Below are positions 9,785 to 24,201 of a stretch of 64,000 nt of DNA, in pieces. The notes under the pieces are model-generated. The model made no database searches. It was not told where the DNA came from and saw only the letters and a list, made by a program, of their open reading frames with translations. The position numbers and the translations under genes are program-made. The DNA is from an uncultured Pelagibacteraceae bacterium (GTDB taxonomy: Bacteria > Pseudomonadota > Alphaproteobacteria > Pelagibacterales > Pelagibacteraceae), in contig CACCFT010000005.1 in NCBI GenBank assembly GCA_902545405.1, forward strand, positions 3,493 through 67,492, read 5' to 3'. Within the stretch, counting starts at the first letter, position 1. Each line of letters begins with the position of its first letter.

Positions 9785-10742
9785 ACAGACCCCAGATATT
9801 AAATTATCGATTAAACAAACATTCGGTATAGATTCTAATATGGAAGTTGACGCATTTTCAAAAAAAACTGAATATGTCCCAGATATAGATAAAACTTATA
9901 AATTTGATAAAGACACAACTTTAGCAATTCTCTCTGGATTTTCATTTAATAAAAGAGTTCTTGTACAAGGTTATCATGGAACAGGTAAATCCACACATAT
10001 AGAACAAATTGCAGCTAGATTAAACTGGCCGTGTATTAGAATTAACTTAGATAGCCATGTTAGTAGAATAGATTTAATTGGGAAAGACTCAATTGTAATC
10101 AAGGATGGAAAACAAGTTACAGAATTCAAAGAGGGAATTCTTCCTTGGTCGATACAAAATCCAGTCGCTTTAGTATTCGATGAATATGATGCCGGTAGAC
10201 CAGATGTTATGTTTGTAATTCAAAGAGTTTTGGAAGCTGAAGGAAATTTTACTTTATTAGATAAGAATAAGGTCATTAAACAAAATAAATATTTCAGATT
10301 ATTTGCAACTTCAAACACTGTTGGTTTAGGAGATACGACTGGACTCTATCATGGAACACAACAAATAAACCAGGGACAAATGGATAGATGGAACATTGTA
10401 ACAACATTAAATTATTTAGCTTTGGAAAAAGAAATGGATATTATTTTAGGAAAAAATAAATCTTTAGATAATAATAAAGGTAAAGAGAGAGTTGCAAACA
10501 TGATAAAAGTTGCGACACTTACAAGAAAAGGCTTTATGGCTGGAGATATTTCAACGGTTATGAGCCCTAGAACAGTACTACATTGGGCAGAAAATTCTGA
10601 AATATTTAAAGATGTAGGCTATGCGTTCAGAGTAACTTTTTTAAATAAATGTGATGATGTAGAAAAGAATACAATCGCAGAATACTATCAAAGATGTTTT
10701 GGTGAAGAATTGCCAGAGTCGATGATAAATATTCAGGTTTAA
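9768..10742 (+). CDS. cobS: CobS-type MoxR AAA+ ATPase
   Basis: GYHGTGKS Walker [12 protein letters not shown] Walker B and MSPRT; TTG start. Confidence 0.93.
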   Translation: MTINIEQTPDIKLSIKQTFGIDSNMEVDAFSKKTEYVPDIDKTYKFDKDTTLAILSGFSFNKRVLVQGYHGTGKSTHIEQIAARLNWPCIRINLDSHVSRIDLIGKDSIVIKDGKQVTEFKEGILPWSIQNPVALVFDEYDAGRPDVMFVIQRVLEAEGNFTLLDKNKVIKQNKYFRLFATSNTVGLGDTTGLYHGTQQINQGQMDRWNIVTTLNYLALEKEMDIILGKNKSLDNNKGKERVANMIKVATLTRKGFMAGDISTVMSPRTVLHWAENSEIFKDVGYAFRVTFLNKCDDVEKNTIAEYYQRCFGEELPESMINIQV

Positions 10743-12532
10743 TGAACAAAGATGATCTTATAAAAGAGCAATTTAAACAAGCTTTAAACTCAACGATCAA
10801 AGCCATTTCAGGTGAAACACATACTTTAAAAGAAAAAAAAAAATTAAAAGAATTTGATATTTCTAAATTTGACAATTTAAAAGATAAGGAAAACTTTATT
10901 AAATTAAGAGCCGAAGCAGATTCGGAGGCATTAAAAAGAAAATTTTCTGATAATTCTACTTTGGAACAAAATATTCCAAAAACGCCTACTTGCCATACAC
11001 TCTATAAAATTTCTGAAAAAATAAGATATGAACTTTTAGGGTCACAAATGATGAAGGGAATTTCTAAAAATTTAATGACCAAATATATCAATAAGATCAG
11101 TATGGCAAAATCAGAAAATATAAAAAAGAAAGAGGAATCTAATGTTTCTGAAGCTTTTGAATATTACATGCTTAATAAACTAATGAACGTAAATTTATCT
11201 GAATGTGCTAAAAAAATTTTATCATACTGGAAAGCCGATTTTGAAAAATCTTTAGATAAACACATAGACTTTTTAAAAGAAAATGCAGTGAATCAAGACA
11301 TATACAATTCCAAAATATCAGAAATTCTCCAGAATATGGAAATCTTTGAGTCTGAAGAAGAAAACAAAAGGGAAGAGCAGAAAGAGGATGAGCAAGATAA
11401 TAACAATTCAAAAGATGATCAAAAAACAGATAGTGGAGAATCTCAAGAAAGAGAAGAGGAAGACAGTATCAACGAAGGTGTTGATAGTTCTGACGAAATG
11501 AACGAATTTAGACTTGATGAACAACTTGGAAATGATGATGCTGAAAACAATGAAATAGAAAATATTGTTCAGAAAAAAAATTTAGGAATAAGTAATAAAG
11601 AATATAAAATATATACTTCTGAATTTGATGAGACAGCAAAAGCAGAAACATTAGAAAACTCAGAGGAAATTTCTAAATTAAGAAAGAATTTAGATCAACA
11701 GCTAACTAGTTTTCAAGACATAATTACAAAACTCGCAAATAAATTACAAAGACAGTTACTTGCAAAACAAAATAGATCTTGGGAATTTGATCTTGAGGAG
11801 GGTTTATTAGATAGTTCAAAATTACCAAGAGTAATAATTGATCCATATAATTCTCTTTCCTTTAAAAAAGAGAAAGATTTGGAGTTTAAAGATACAGTTG
11901 TGACTTTACTCATAGATAATTCTGGATCAATGAGAGGAAGGCCAATTACTATTGCAGCCCTTTGTGCTGATATATTGTCTAGAACATTAGAAAGATGTTC
12001 AGTTAAAGTAGAAATTCTTGGTTTCACAACAAAAAATTGGAAGGGTGGTAAGAGTAGAGAAAAGTGGAATAAACTTGGAAAATTAAAAAATCCAGGACGT
12101 TTAAATGATTTAAGACATATAATTTATAAATCTGCTGATACTCACTGGAGACAGTCAAAAAAAAATTTAGGTTTAATGCTAAAAGAGGGTTTGCTTAAAG
12201 AAAATATTGATGGTGAAGCTATTACTTGGGCTTTCAATAGGCTTAAGAAAAGAAAAGAAGAAAGAAAAATTCTTATGGTTATTTCAGATGGAGCTCCGGT
12301 TGATGATTCAACATTATCTGTTAACTCGGGTGATTTTTTAGAAAAACATCTAAAGCAAACTGTAAAATCAATTGAAAACAAAAGTGATATCGAAATTCTT
12401 GCCATAGGTATAGGCCATGATGTTTCGAGATATTACAAAAAAGCAATAAAAATTGCTGACGTTCAAGAGTTAGGTGATGTAATGATTGGTCAACTTAGTG
12501 GATTGTTTGAAAATAATAAAAAATTACACTAA
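10742..12532 (+). CDS. cobT: CobT-type vWA protein
   Basis: Acidic linker, [13 protein letters not shown] motif [19 protein letters not shown] and ISDGAPVDD. Confidence 0.93.
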   Translation: MNKDDLIKEQFKQALNSTIKAISGETHTLKEKKKLKEFDISKFDNLKDKENFIKLRAEADSEALKRKFSDNSTLEQNIPKTPTCHTLYKISEKIRYELLGSQMMKGISKNLMTKYINKISMAKSENIKKKEESNVSEAFEYYMLNKLMNVNLSECAKKILSYWKADFEKSLDKHIDFLKENAVNQDIYNSKISEILQNMEIFESEEENKREEQKEDEQDNNNSKDDQKTDSGESQEREEEDSINEGVDSSDEMNEFRLDEQLGNDDAENNEIENIVQKKNLGISNKEYKIYTSEFDETAKAETLENSEEISKLRKNLDQQLTSFQDIITKLANKLQRQLLAKQNRSWEFDLEEGLLDSSKLPRVIIDPYNSLSFKKEKDLEFKDTVVTLLIDNSGSMRGRPITIAALCADILSRTLERCSVKVEILGFTTKNWKGGKSREKWNKLGKLKNPGRLNDLRHIIYKSADTHWRQSKKNLGLMLKEGLLKENIDGEAITWAFNRLKKRKEERKILMVISDGAPVDDSTLSVNSGDFLEKHLKQTVKSIENKSDIEILAIGIGHDVSRYYKKAIKIADVQELGDVMIGQLSGLFENNKKLH

Positions 12533-13804
12533 TTTTTTTAAATTTTTATTTTCCCACTCTATTTTTACTTCAGCTCCACCTCTAGTTTCAGAATTTCTAA
12601 TTGTTATTCGAGCAAAATTTTTTTCTAACAATGTTTTGCCTATAAAAATCCCTAAACCTAATCCAGTTTTTTTATTATCTTTGGGTTTAAGTGTTTTGAT
12701 ATAAGGCTCTCCAATCTTATTAAGTATATCTTTTGGTATACCTGGGCCATCATCCTCTATTGTTATTTCAGTCTTTTGACTATCACTTTTGATAGCAATA
12801 TAGATATTTTCATTTGAAAATTTGTTAGCATTTCCAATAAAATTCCTCAAACCATAAACAATTTCAACAGATTTTAATATTTCAAATGAATTAGAATCTT
12901 GCTCTTTATCAATATTGAAATTCTTATTAGAAATTTTCTTAAATGAGTTAACTATCTCATTAATATAATCGTAAAGTGTTTTGTTTCTGTCAATAAAATC
13001 ATCTTCTATATTAGGATTTAATGTTAATTTTTTTAAAATATCATTACACCTATTAACCTGACTAATTAAAAGTTCGAGATCTTTTTTTACATCATTATTA
13101 TCTTTAAATTGATCAAATAAATCGTGAGAAATAATTTTAATTGTAGACAAAGGAGTACCAAATGAATGAGCTGCAGCTGCAGCTTGTCCCCCAAGTGAAA
13201 CCAGCTCATGTTCTTTGGAAATTACTTCTTGGATTTTATCTAATGCATCTTTCCTAAGATTTGTTTCTTGTCCAAAAATAAATGCAAAATAATTTAAAAA
13301 AAATAACGCAATTATCAATGCAAGAGGAATAGCATAGTAATAATATTGACTAATACTATATTCATCCAATGGTTTTGGCAATTCATAATGATAAAAAGTT
13401 AAAATTATAATCGATGCTAGAGTAATTAAAATTAAGGCAATGTTTGTTTTAATATTTAAATTAGATGCAGCAAATATGCTTGGTATCAAAAGAAATATTG
13501 AAAATGGATTTAAAATGCCACCAGATAAATAAAGTAAAGCACTCAATTGAAGTATATCTAAAGTTAAAAAATTAAAAGAAGTTACGTTTGAGAGTATTGG
13601 TTTTTTATAAAAAAACATTAAGTAAAAGTTACTTAAAGCTCCAACGAAAATTATAAGATTAGATAAAATAAAGTTGAACTCAAAACCAAGAATAAATTTG
13701 ACTGTGTTTATAGTTATGAATTGACCTAAAATCCCAATCCATCTTAAATTGATATAAGTAGACTTATTTAATGATGCTGCTTTGACAGATTGTTTTAAAT
13801 CCAT
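12524..13804 (-). CDS. regB: RegB/PrrB/ActS-type redox sensor histidine kinase
   Basis: Multi-TM N-terminus with LRW, quinone-site motif GGILNPF, H-box [12 protein letters not shown], redox Cys (NRCNDIL), DDGPG and GLGLG. Confidence 0.9.
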   Translation of the reverse strand: MDLKQSVKAASLNKSTYINLRWIGILGQFITINTVKFILGFEFNFILSNLIIFVGALSNFYLMFFYKKPILSNVTSFNFLTLDILQLSALLYLSGGILNPFSIFLLIPSIFAASNLNIKTNIALILITLASIIILTFYHYELPKPLDEYSISQYYYYAIPLALIIALFFLNYFAFIFGQETNLRKDALDKIQEVISKEHELVSLGGQAAAAAHSFGTPLSTIKIISHDLFDQFKDNNDVKKDLELLISQVNRCNDILKKLTLNPNIEDDFIDRNKTLYDYINEIVNSFKKISNKNFNIDKEQDSNSFEILKSVEIVYGLRNFIGNANKFSNENIYIAIKSDSQKTEITIEDDGPGIPKDILNKIGEPYIKTLKPKDNKKTGLGLGIFIGKTLLEKNFARITIRNSETRGGAEVKIEWENKNLKKLV

Positions 13805-15862
<2,058 letters not shown>

Positions 15863-16033
15863 TTAATTTTTAAATTGGAAAATTTTTTTATAACATTTTT
15901 ATAAAAAATTTAAAAATCACTGAGAGATAAATGCTTAAATCAGTATTGATTATCAACGTTTATTTGATGATTTTTTGTTTTTTTTTTCTATTTTCAAAAA
16001 AACTGTCAAAAAGATCCTTTTTCTATCATAAAA

Positions 16034-16123
16034 TGGCGGAGAGAATGGGATTCGAACCCATGAAAGAGTTTACCCTTTACACGCTTTCCAAGCGTGCGCC
16101 TTAAACCACTCGGCCACCTCTCC
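16034..16123 (-). tRNA. tRNA-Ser(GGA)
   Basis: Reverse complement GGAGAGGTGGCCGAGTGGTTTAAGGCGCACGCTTGGAAAGCGTG...GGGTTCGAATCCCATTCTCTCCGCCA; long variable arm, encoded CCA. Confidence 0.97.
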
Positions 16124-16196
16124 ATAGCTATTTTAAAAAACCTATAAATAAATTATTTTATTTTTAAAACAATTAATTTATTATTTATTTTTTTAG

Positions 16197-17030
16197 ATGA
16201 AAAACTTTCATAAAAACATAGAAATATTAACTGTAACTTATAAATCAGATCATATAATTAATAAGTGCTTAAATAATATTAATAAAAAGTTTAAAGTAAC
16301 AGTGGTGGAGAACTCAGGTAGACTAAAATTTAAGAAGGAAATTGAAAAAAGAAAAAATGCAAAGTGCATCTTAACAGGCTCAAACTTAGGGTTTGGAAAA
16401 GCATTTAATATTGGAGCAAAAAAAATAAAAAGAAAATTTATTTTACATATAAATCCCGATGCATTTATTAATAACGATATAATAAAAAAACTATATTTAA
16501 TTGGCTCTAAAATTGAAAACTTGGGGATTCTTTCGCCAACGGAAACGATAAAAAAAACTAAAATAATGAAAATTAATAATCATAAAATAATTGAAGTTGA
16601 ACAAGTCAAAGGCTTTGTAATGTTTATTAATAATTATAATTGTAAAAGTACTAAGTATTTTGATGAGAATTTTTTTTTATACCTAGAAGAAATTGATTTA
16701 TGTAGAAGATTAAAAAATATAGGTTTAAAAATTTATAAACTTCCAAATGTATATGTTAAGCACCTTGGTGGAAAATCACATTTACAAATGAATAACTACA
16801 AAATGGAAATTCAAAGAAATTGGCATTATTTGTGGTCTCTATTTTATTTTAACAAAAAATATAACGGATATTTATTTGCCTTTTTATTCACATTTAGAAA
16901 ATTTATTTCATCATTTATCAAATTGATATTATTTTACTTCATTGATAAAAAAAAACACGAAGTATATAAACATAGATTCCTTGGTTTATTAAAAAGCTAC
17001 CTATGCTTAAAAGCAAATTTTAGAGCTTAA
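16197..17030 (+). CDS. GT2 family glycosyltransferase (rhamnosyltransferase-like)
   Basis: VTYKS, VVENS, NLGFGKAFNIG, INPD, FDENFFLYLEEIDLCRR and HLGGKS. Confidence 0.9.
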   Translation: MKNFHKNIEILTVTYKSDHIINKCLNNINKKFKVTVVENSGRLKFKKEIEKRKNAKCILTGSNLGFGKAFNIGAKKIKRKFILHINPDAFINNDIIKKLYLIGSKIENLGILSPTETIKKTKIMKINNHKIIEVEQVKGFVMFINNYNCKSTKYFDENFFLYLEEIDLCRRLKNIGLKIYKLPNVYVKHLGGKSHLQMNNYKMEIQRNWHYLWSLFYFNKKYNGYLFAFLFTFRKFISSFIKLILFYFIDKKKHEVYKHRFLGLLKSYLCLKANFRA

Positions 17031-18221
17031 TTACTTCATAATTTTAATTCTAGGAAAACATAATATAAATCTGTCTTCTTTGTTTGGTCTAATAGATTTT
17101 ACTTTCTTTCTTATTTCTGAATAAAAATTCCATGCTAAGGGCAAAATATATAATTTTTGATTTATTTTTTTTAATTCAGACGAATCTTTTATTAAAATTT
17201 GGCTTCCAGGAGTAAATTTATTTTGTTTTAATTTATTATCATCAATTATAAGGTGAAGTTTAATCTTAGAGAAATTTAAGAAAGTGTTAGCTTTTGCTGC
17301 GGCTCCATAGCCTATTATTTTATTATTTAAGTGTATTTTATCTATTCTTTTTTTGATTAATTTAACTTTTTTTTCACATTTTCTAGCCCAATTTAAGTAA
17401 AATTTTAAGGAGTAGTATTTTTCACTTATTAGATATTTCTTTATTTTTTTTTGATTTGATTTTATCTTAATAACAAAGATGTAACTTGTTCCATGTATGG
17501 GACTCTTAATAATATTATGTAACTTCAGACCTGCTCTATCAACTAAAGTATTCATGCTATTTGTGTTATAAAAGTTTATATGTTCATGATAAATTGTATC
17601 AAATTCAATATTTTTGCACATATCTGCCTGGCTTGTTTGTATAAAAATTGTAGACTCTTTATGCATTAATTTTTTTATATTTAATAGAAATTTGTATGGA
17701 TTTGGATTATGGGCAAACGAATTTTGAGATATGATAATGTCAAATTTGCTTTTTAGTTTTTTAATTGATTTAGCATTAAAAAAATCACAAATAACTTTAT
17801 GTTTTTTCGAGGAATATTTAAAAATATTTTGTGCAGGATCTATACCGTATGTTTGAAATTTTTTATATTTGAAAATATCTAACTGAGAACCATCATTACA
17901 ACCAATATCTAAAATATTTCTATTTACTAAATTCGTATTTTTTAAACAAAAATTAAAAAACCTTTTCATATATTTTTTATATGTTTGAGTTGTTCCACTT
18001 ACATAACTGTAATTTTTATAAATTATTCTTGGATCAACTGCTATTGATAATTGTAGGTGAGTACAATTAAGACAACAATTAACTTTCAATTCATATTTTT
18101 TTTCTTTAGTGATTTTTTTTACTAGATATGAATTTGCAAGAGGTTGTTTATTTAAATCAAGAACCTCTTTAAGTTTATTAGAATTACAAGCTAAACAATA
18201 ATTTAATTTTCTGAAAGCCAA
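17031..18221 (-). CDS. NDP-hexose C-methyltransferase-like SAM methyltransferase with Zn-binding N-terminus
   Basis: CLAC..LDL..QPLANSY..CLNCTHLQL, YSYVS, DIGCNDG, FDTIYHEH, GYGAAAKA and LAWNF. Confidence 0.85.
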   Translation of the reverse strand: MAFRKLNYCLACNSNKLKEVLDLNKQPLANSYLVKKITKEKKYELKVNCCLNCTHLQLSIAVDPRIIYKNYSYVSGTTQTYKKYMKRFFNFCLKNTNLVNRNILDIGCNDGSQLDIFKYKKFQTYGIDPAQNIFKYSSKKHKVICDFFNAKSIKKLKSKFDIIISQNSFAHNPNPYKFLLNIKKLMHKESTIFIQTSQADMCKNIEFDTIYHEHINFYNTNSMNTLVDRAGLKLHNIIKSPIHGTSYIFVIKIKSNQKKIKKYLISEKYYSLKFYLNWARKCEKKVKLIKKRIDKIHLNNKIIGYGAAAKANTFLNFSKIKLHLIIDDNKLKQNKFTPGSQILIKDSSELKKINQKLYILPLAWNFYSEIRKKVKSIRPNKEDRFILCFPRIKIMK

Positions 18222-19231
18222 CGCTTATTCTCCAAACTCCAATTTACTACTTCTTCAATCCTTTGACTTAATTTAATTTTTGGAGTCCAACCTAATTTTT
18301 TTAATAACTCAGAACTTAATGAATATCTCAAATCATGACCTGGCCTGGAAGTATGATTGTCTATCAGTTCATAAATAAGGTCTTTTTTTTGTGTTTTTGC
18401 GATCATTTTAGCTAATGATAGGTTGTCAATTTCTTCAGGTCCAACTAAATTAAATTTTGGACATTTTGCATTACCAAAATCTCCTTTATGGACATAATTT
18501 TCTAAATTTAATATAAACATCAATCCATCAGCAACATCTTTTGCATGAATATAATGTCTGCTTCCTGCCATTGTCTTTTCTTTGTTAGAATGAACAAAAA
18601 CTTTTTCTCCGTCTCTAACTCTTTTTATTACCATGGGGATATACTTCTCGGGATGTTGTCTTTCACCAAAAACATTCATGGTATGAGTTATATAAATAGG
18701 TAGTTTATAAGTGTTTTCATATGCAACACAAAATTCTTCCGCAGCGGCTTTGCTTGCACTGTAAGGATTGGTCGAATTATATCGATCGTATTCTTTGTAG
18801 GATACATTTTGTGGTGCATTTCCAAATATTTCATCTGTAGAAAAATAAACAAACTTTTCTAAATTTTTAATATCTCTTGCAAAATTTAATAAATTTACAG
18901 TTCCAACTACATTGTCTTGAACAAATTCCATTGGATATTTTATTGATCTATCAACATGACTAGCAGCAGCAAGATGGAGTATTATGTCTGGATTGCCTAT
19001 ATCGGACTTTATCTGTGAATTAATCTCCGCTTTAAGATCATGAAATACAATTTTAATTCTTTTTTTTTCTTCAGGTAAAGAATCTTGTAGTATTTCTGAC
19101 AACCTATTCAAATTTCCTGAGATGTCTAATCGATCTAAAGTAACAATTTTCCAATTAGTATTTTTAATTATATAGTCTATAACATGATGCGCTATAAAAC
19201 CTGCTCCTCCTGTTATTAAAACTTTTTTCAT
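18203..19231 (-). CDS. dTDP/UDP-glucose 4,6-dehydratase-like NAD-dependent epimerase/dehydratase
   Basis: VLITGGAGFIA, HLAAASHVDRSI, FSTDE, NPYSASK, QHPEK and RPGHDLRY. Confidence 0.9.
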   Translation of the reverse strand: MKKVLITGGAGFIAHHVIDYIIKNTNWKIVTLDRLDISGNLNRLSEILQDSLPEEKKRIKIVFHDLKAEINSQIKSDIGNPDIILHLAAASHVDRSIKYPMEFVQDNVVGTVNLLNFARDIKNLEKFVYFSTDEIFGNAPQNVSYKEYDRYNSTNPYSASKAAAEEFCVAYENTYKLPIYITHTMNVFGERQHPEKYIPMVIKRVRDGEKVFVHSNKEKTMAGSRHYIHAKDVADGLMFILNLENYVHKGDFGNAKCPKFNLVGPEEIDNLSLAKMIAKTQKKDLIYELIDNHTSRPGHDLRYSLSSELLKKLGWTPKIKLSQRIEEVVNWSLENKRWLSEN

Positions 19232-19238
19232 TTAATTT

Positions 19239-19982
19239 TTAACCTAATATATGTTTTATAAAATATTTTATAAAGTATCTTAAGTCTCTTAAAGATTTAA
19301 AATTAAAATCTTTTCTATTTTTTTTAAGCCCTAAGTACCAAGAATTTTTATAACAAAGATTGCTTTCATAAAATCTTTTTTGTTTCTTTATGAAAGCAAT
19401 ATTTCTATAAATGTGTACGAACTCTATCAACCCATCAAAATCATGTTTTTGATAGAACGGATTATCGATATCCTGATAATGCATTCTATCAGCCAGCGAC
19501 CGGATAAAATTCATTGTGGTTTTCTTGTTATTTAGGTTTACTCCATCACCTCCCCAATTTGGAATATAGCTAGTCTGCAAATCTTCTATAACATATAAAC
19601 CTCCAAACTTAAGATAAGGGAATAAATGATTAAAACTATTTATTACATCCTTATTTTTATGACTTCCATCATCAATAATAACATCAAAAGTTTTATATTT
19701 TTCTATAATTCTATTAAGTATTTTTTTGTCAGACTGATCGCCACAGAAAATCTCAACTCTTTCAATATTATAATCTTTATTTTCAATATCTAAACCAACA
19801 ATATTTGATTTATTGAAGTAATCACTGAACATTCTTAAAGATTCCCCAGTCTCAACACCTATTTCAAAAATATTCAAATTTTTATCTTTAATTGTATTAA
19901 AATAATAATTATAAATATCTATAAAACCCATCATCTTCTTTGTTGATTTATATTTGCTTGCTATTTCAATTAGATTGCTCAT
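19239..19982 (-). CDS. class I SAM O-methyltransferase (MycE/TylE-like motif set)
   Basis: FEIGV..GESL, GLDI, GDQSD, IIDDGSH and [13 protein letters not shown]. Confidence 0.8.
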   Translation of the reverse strand: MSNLIEIASKYKSTKKMMGFIDIYNYYFNTIKDKNLNIFEIGVETGESLRMFSDYFNKSNIVGLDIENKDYNIERVEIFCGDQSDKKILNRIIEKYKTFDVIIDDGSHKNKDVINSFNHLFPYLKFGGLYVIEDLQTSYIPNWGGDGVNLNNKKTTMNFIRSLADRMHYQDIDNPFYQKHDFDGLIEFVHIYRNIAFIKKQKRFYESNLCYKNSWYLGLKKNRKDFNFKSLRDLRYFIKYFIKHILG

Positions 19983-21790
19983 TTATTATTCTCAATTTTT
20001 AAAACACCTATGAATGCTTCTTGTGGTATTTCTACTTTTCCAAATTGCTTTGATCTAGCTTTACCCTTTTTTTGTTTTTCAAGCAATTTTCTTTTTCTAT
20101 CAGTTGCACCACCACCATGAATTTTTGTTAAAACATCTTTTTTGAAGCCTTTTATAGTTTCTCTCGCAATTATTTTTCCACCTATCGCTGCTTGAATTGG
20201 TATCATAAAATTGTGTCTTGGGATTAGGTCTTTCAATTTTTCACAAACTTCTCTTCCTAAGGTTTGTGCTAAATCTTTATGTATCATCATTGCAAGAGCA
20301 TCTACTGGCTCAGAATTTACAAGAATATTCATTTTTACTAAATCTCCCACCTTATGATCCATAATTTCATAATCAAAACTTGCATATCCACTTGTCATAG
20401 ATTTTAATCTATCATTAAAATCAAAAACAACTTCGTTTAAAGGAATTTCATAATTAATGACAGCACGATTACCAGAATAACTTAAATTTGTTTGAATACC
20501 CCTTTTTTTTTGACATAATTTAATTATAGAACCCAAATATTGGTCTGGTGTTATTATGGTTGCTTTTATCCAAGGTTCCTCGATTATTTTAATATAATTT
20601 GGATCTGGCAAATTTGATGGATTCTGAAGTTCAATAATCTTTCCACTATTTAAATGAACTTTATAAACTACACCCGGGGTTGTTGTTAATAAATTAATAT
20701 CAAATTCTCTCTCGAGTCTTTCTGTTACAATTTCGAGATGTAATAACCCTAAAAATCCACATCTAAAACCAAGTCCTAAGGCAGATGATGATTCTGCTTC
20801 ATAAGAAAAACTTGAATCGTTTAATTGTAATTTAGCAAGTCCATCTTTTAATTTTTGATATTCAGAACTATCTACAGGAAATAAACCACAAAAAACTACT
20901 GGTTTACTTGGTTTAAAACCTGGTAATGCATCTTGGAGAGGATTTTCTGCATCGCATATAGTGTCTCCAACTTTAGTTTCTGATAAAATTTTAATACCAG
21001 TTGTAATAAAACCTATTTCTCCAGTATTAAGCTCGCTCACATCTTTTGCCTTAGGTGTAAAAACACCAACTTTTTCTACAATATATTCTTGATTTGTTGA
21101 CATCATTTTTATTTTCATATTTTTTTTTAGTTTTCCATCTATAATTCTAACTAATATAACTACTCCAAGATAAGTGTCATACCAGCTATCAACTAATAAA
21201 CATTTTAATTTGCTATTTTTTTCACCTTTAGGTCCAGGCAAAGAGTTAATAATTTGCTCAAGAATTTCATCTATTCCTTGTCCAGTTTTTCCAGAGCAAG
21301 GAACAGAATTAGATGTATCTATGCCAATAACATCTTCAATTTGACTATTTGTTCTATCAATATCAGAAGCTGGTAGATCAATTTTATTTAATACTGGAAT
21401 AATCTCATGATTTATATCAAGTGCTTGATATACATTTGCAAGTGTTTGGGCTTCTACACCTTGAGTACTATCTACAATTAATATTGACCCCTCACACGCA
21501 TAAAGGCTTCTACTAACCTCGTAGCTAAAATCTACATGTCCTGGGGTGTCTATAATATTTAAAATATAATTTTTGCCATTTTTTGCTTTATAATTTAATT
21601 TAACTGTTTGTGCTTTAATTGTTATTCCTCTCTCTCTTTCTATGTCCATAGAGTCTAGCACTTGAGATTTCATTTCTCTGTCACTTAAACCTCCACATTT
21701 ATGAATTATTCTATCAGCTATAGTTGATTTACCATGATCTATATGAGCTATAATTGCAAAATTCCTAATATTATCTATTGTATCTCCCAT
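19979..21790 (-). CDS. lepA: elongation factor 4
   Basis: [33 protein letters not shown] and [10 protein letters not shown]. Confidence 0.98.
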   Translation of the reverse strand: MGDTIDNIRNFAIIAHIDHGKSTIADRIIHKCGGLSDREMKSQVLDSMDIERERGITIKAQTVKLNYKAKNGKNYILNIIDTPGHVDFSYEVSRSLYACEGSILIVDSTQGVEAQTLANVYQALDINHEIIPVLNKIDLPASDIDRTNSQIEDVIGIDTSNSVPCSGKTGQGIDEILEQIINSLPGPKGEKNSKLKCLLVDSWYDTYLGVVILVRIIDGKLKKNMKIKMMSTNQEYIVEKVGVFTPKAKDVSELNTGEIGFITTGIKILSETKVGDTICDAENPLQDALPGFKPSKPVVFCGLFPVDSSEYQKLKDGLAKLQLNDSSFSYEAESSSALGLGFRCGFLGLLHLEIVTERLEREFDINLLTTTPGVVYKVHLNSGKIIELQNPSNLPDPNYIKIIEEPWIKATIITPDQYLGSIIKLCQKKRGIQTNLSYSGNRAVINYEIPLNEVVFDFNDRLKSMTSGYASFDYEIMDHKVGDLVKMNILVNSEPVDALAMMIHKDLAQTLGREVCEKLKDLIPRHNFMIPIQAAIGGKIIARETIKGFKKDVLTKIHGGGATDRKRKLLEKQKKGKARSKQFGKVEIPQEAFIGVLKIENNK

Positions 21791-21792
21791 TT

Positions 21793-24201
21793 TTAGGATC
21801 TAATTTTTGCGCCAGACTTTGACTCTACTGTAGAGATAATTAGTTTATTAATGTTGTCCAGGTCATTTTCATTTAATGTTTTTTCTTCTGGCTGAATAGT
21901 TACATTAACAGCTATAGATTTTTTTCCCTCTGGTATGTTTTCTCCCTCAAATACATCAAATACTCTTACTGACTTAATTAATTTGTTATCAACAGATTTA
22001 ATTATATCAACCAATTCTTGAGATTTAAAATTTTTATTAATAATAAATGCAAAATCTCTCTCTGATTTTTGGAAATCAGAAAATTTATATTCAGATTTTG
22101 AATCTTTTATCTTTTGTTTTGACTCTTTTATATAATCAAGACAAATTTCAAATATTACTAAACCTTCAGTTTTAATATCTAACTTTTTTATTATGTTTGG
22201 ATGAATTTCACCAAAATATGCTAGAGCTTTTTTTTCGTTTTTATTTTGGTGCACCCCTCCTGATTTTCCTGGGTGATAGTAAGAAGGAGCTTTATCATCT
22301 ATAACAATATCATCTTTGTCAATCCCTGCTTCACAAAGACTTTGAATTACGTCTTTTTTTACATCAAATGTGTCTACAATCCTTTCTTTATCATTCCAAG
22401 ATAATCTTGAAACCTTTCCTGCCCTTACAGCGCCTATAACAGTCAATTGATCTCCAGGATTTTTTCCTTTAAACGCTGGACCAATTTCAAATAAAGAAAT
22501 ATCTTTAAATCCTCTATCTAAATTCTTTTTTAAATAAAATATTAAATTTGGGAAAATAGAATTTCTTAAAACATTTAGATCTGAACTAATCGGGTTTACA
22601 ATTGGTATTTCTTCATCATTTTCTTTAAATAATTGATTAATTTTAGAGTCGGTAAACGACCAAGTCACAGTTTCTAAATATCCTTTTGATGCCACAGATC
22701 TTTGTAAAAAATGAAATAATTTCTGATAATAATTAAGAGTAGGCTTTAATCTTGTCTTAACAGGTTCTGAGGTATTAATATGTTCGTACCCTTTTATTCT
22801 TACTACTTCTTCAACAATATCAATTGATTGAGTTATGTCTGGTCTCCAAGAAGGTACTACTAACTTTAAAATTTTTTTATTCTTGGATACATTAAAACCT
22901 AGCTTTTCAAGTATTTTAATTAATTCTTTATTTTCAACATTAAACCCTGTCGTTTTTTCAAAAAGAAATGGGTCAAAATTAATTATTGTCTTTTTATAAT
23001 TTTCAATTTTTTTTACATCTAAATTGCTTATTTCACCACCACAAATTTGTTTTATTAGCTCAGAAGCTTTTATTAATCCTTCTTCAATTGATAAAGGATC
23101 TATGCCTCTTTCGAATCTGAATTTTGCATCTGTATCTATATTTAATTGTTTAGAGGTTTTTCTTATTGAACGTGGTAAAAAATAAGCAGATTCTAATAAT
23201 ATGTTTTTAGTTGAATATTCTGTTCCAGATCTTGTTCCGCCAATTATGCCGCCAAGACCTAGGACTCCAGATCTATCAGAAATAACACACATATCATTTT
23301 CTAAAATATATTTTTTATTATCCAAGGCTTCGAAGCTTTCTCCTTTGGAAGAACTTCTAACAATAATTTCATTGTCTATTTTATCTGCATTATAAGCGTG
23401 TAATGGTCTATTTAAATCAAACATTACATAATTAGTAATATCGACTATCGCAGATATTGGTTTTTGGCCTAAAGACAGAATTTTATCTTTAAGCCATTTT
23501 GGACTCTCTATATTTGTTACACCTTTTATTAAACAACTTCCAAATATTGTGCATCCTTGAGCTTTTTCTTTTTTTATTGTTACATTTATATTTTGATTAC
23601 CTTTATATTTTAAATTAGATTTTTTATTAATTTTTAATTTACCAACACCAGCAGCGGATAAATCTCTAGCAATTCCTCTTACCCCTAAACAATCTGGTCT
23701 ATTGGGCGTAATTGATAAATCTATTACTTTTTCAGAAGTGTTTTTAAAATATTTTTCTCCAATTTTATTTGCATATTTATTGTCTTTTAATTCTATTATT
23801 CCGTCACTTTCATTGGATAATTGTAGTTCTGATTCAGAACAGAGCATTCCATATGATGTTACACCTCTTATTTTGCTTACAGATAATTTCATCTGATTTT
23901 TAGGAATAATCGATCCTGGAGGTGCATAAACTGTCAAAAGACCATTTTTTGCATTTGGAGCTCCACATACTACTTCAATTGTTTTGTCACCACCTATGTC
24001 AACATCACATAACTTCAATCTGTCTGCATTTGGGTGGGTTTTGGCGTTTATAATTTTTGCTACGATAAAAGTATCTAGCTCAGATGTAGAACTCTCAAAA
24101 CTTTCTACTTCTAGACCAATATTAGTTAATTTATCTATTATTTGATTATTATTAAATTTTGTATCAAGATGGTTTTTTAACCAGTCAACTGTGAACTTCA
24201 T
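21793..24201 (-). CDS. pheT: phenylalanyl-tRNA synthetase beta subunit
   Basis: [28 protein letters not shown] and ERDFAF. Confidence 0.98.
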   Translation of the reverse strand: MKFTVDWLKNHLDTKFNNNQIIDKLTNIGLEVESFESSTSELDTFIVAKIINAKTHPNADRLKLCDVDIGGDKTIEVVCGAPNAKNGLLTVYAPPGSIIPKNQMKLSVSKIRGVTSYGMLCSESELQLSNESDGIIELKDNKYANKIGEKYFKNTSEKVIDLSITPNRPDCLGVRGIARDLSAAGVGKLKINKKSNLKYKGNQNINVTIKKEKAQGCTIFGSCLIKGVTNIESPKWLKDKILSLGQKPISAIVDITNYVMFDLNRPLHAYNADKIDNEIIVRSSSKGESFEALDNKKYILENDMCVISDRSGVLGLGGIIGGTRSGTEYSTKNILLESAYFLPRSIRKTSKQLNIDTDAKFRFERGIDPLSIEEGLIKASELIKQICGGEISNLDVKKIENYKKTIINFDPFLFEKTTGFNVENKELIKILEKLGFNVSKNKKILKLVVPSWRPDITQSIDIVEEVVRIKGYEHINTSEPVKTRLKPTLNYYQKLFHFLQRSVASKGYLETVTWSFTDSKINQLFKENDEEIPIVNPISSDLNVLRNSIFPNLIFYLKKNLDRGFKDISLFEIGPAFKGKNPGDQLTVIGAVRAGKVSRLSWNDKERIVDTFDVKKDVIQSLCEAGIDKDDIVIDDKAPSYYHPGKSGGVHQNKNEKKALAYFGEIHPNIIKKLDIKTEGLVIFEICLDYIKESKQKIKDSKSEYKFSDFQKSERDFAFIINKNFKSQELVDIIKSVDNKLIKSVRVFDVFEGENIPEGKKSIAVNVTIQPEEKTLNENDLDNINKLIISTVESKSGAKIRS

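Noticed and set aside
11340-11580. Acidic low-complexity tract in CobT
   Set aside because: Normal linker of the CobT family.
15863-16196. Prophage or integrative element at tRNA-Ser
   Set aside because: No integrase and no duplicated tRNA 3' end seen; the islet lies on the tRNA 5' side.
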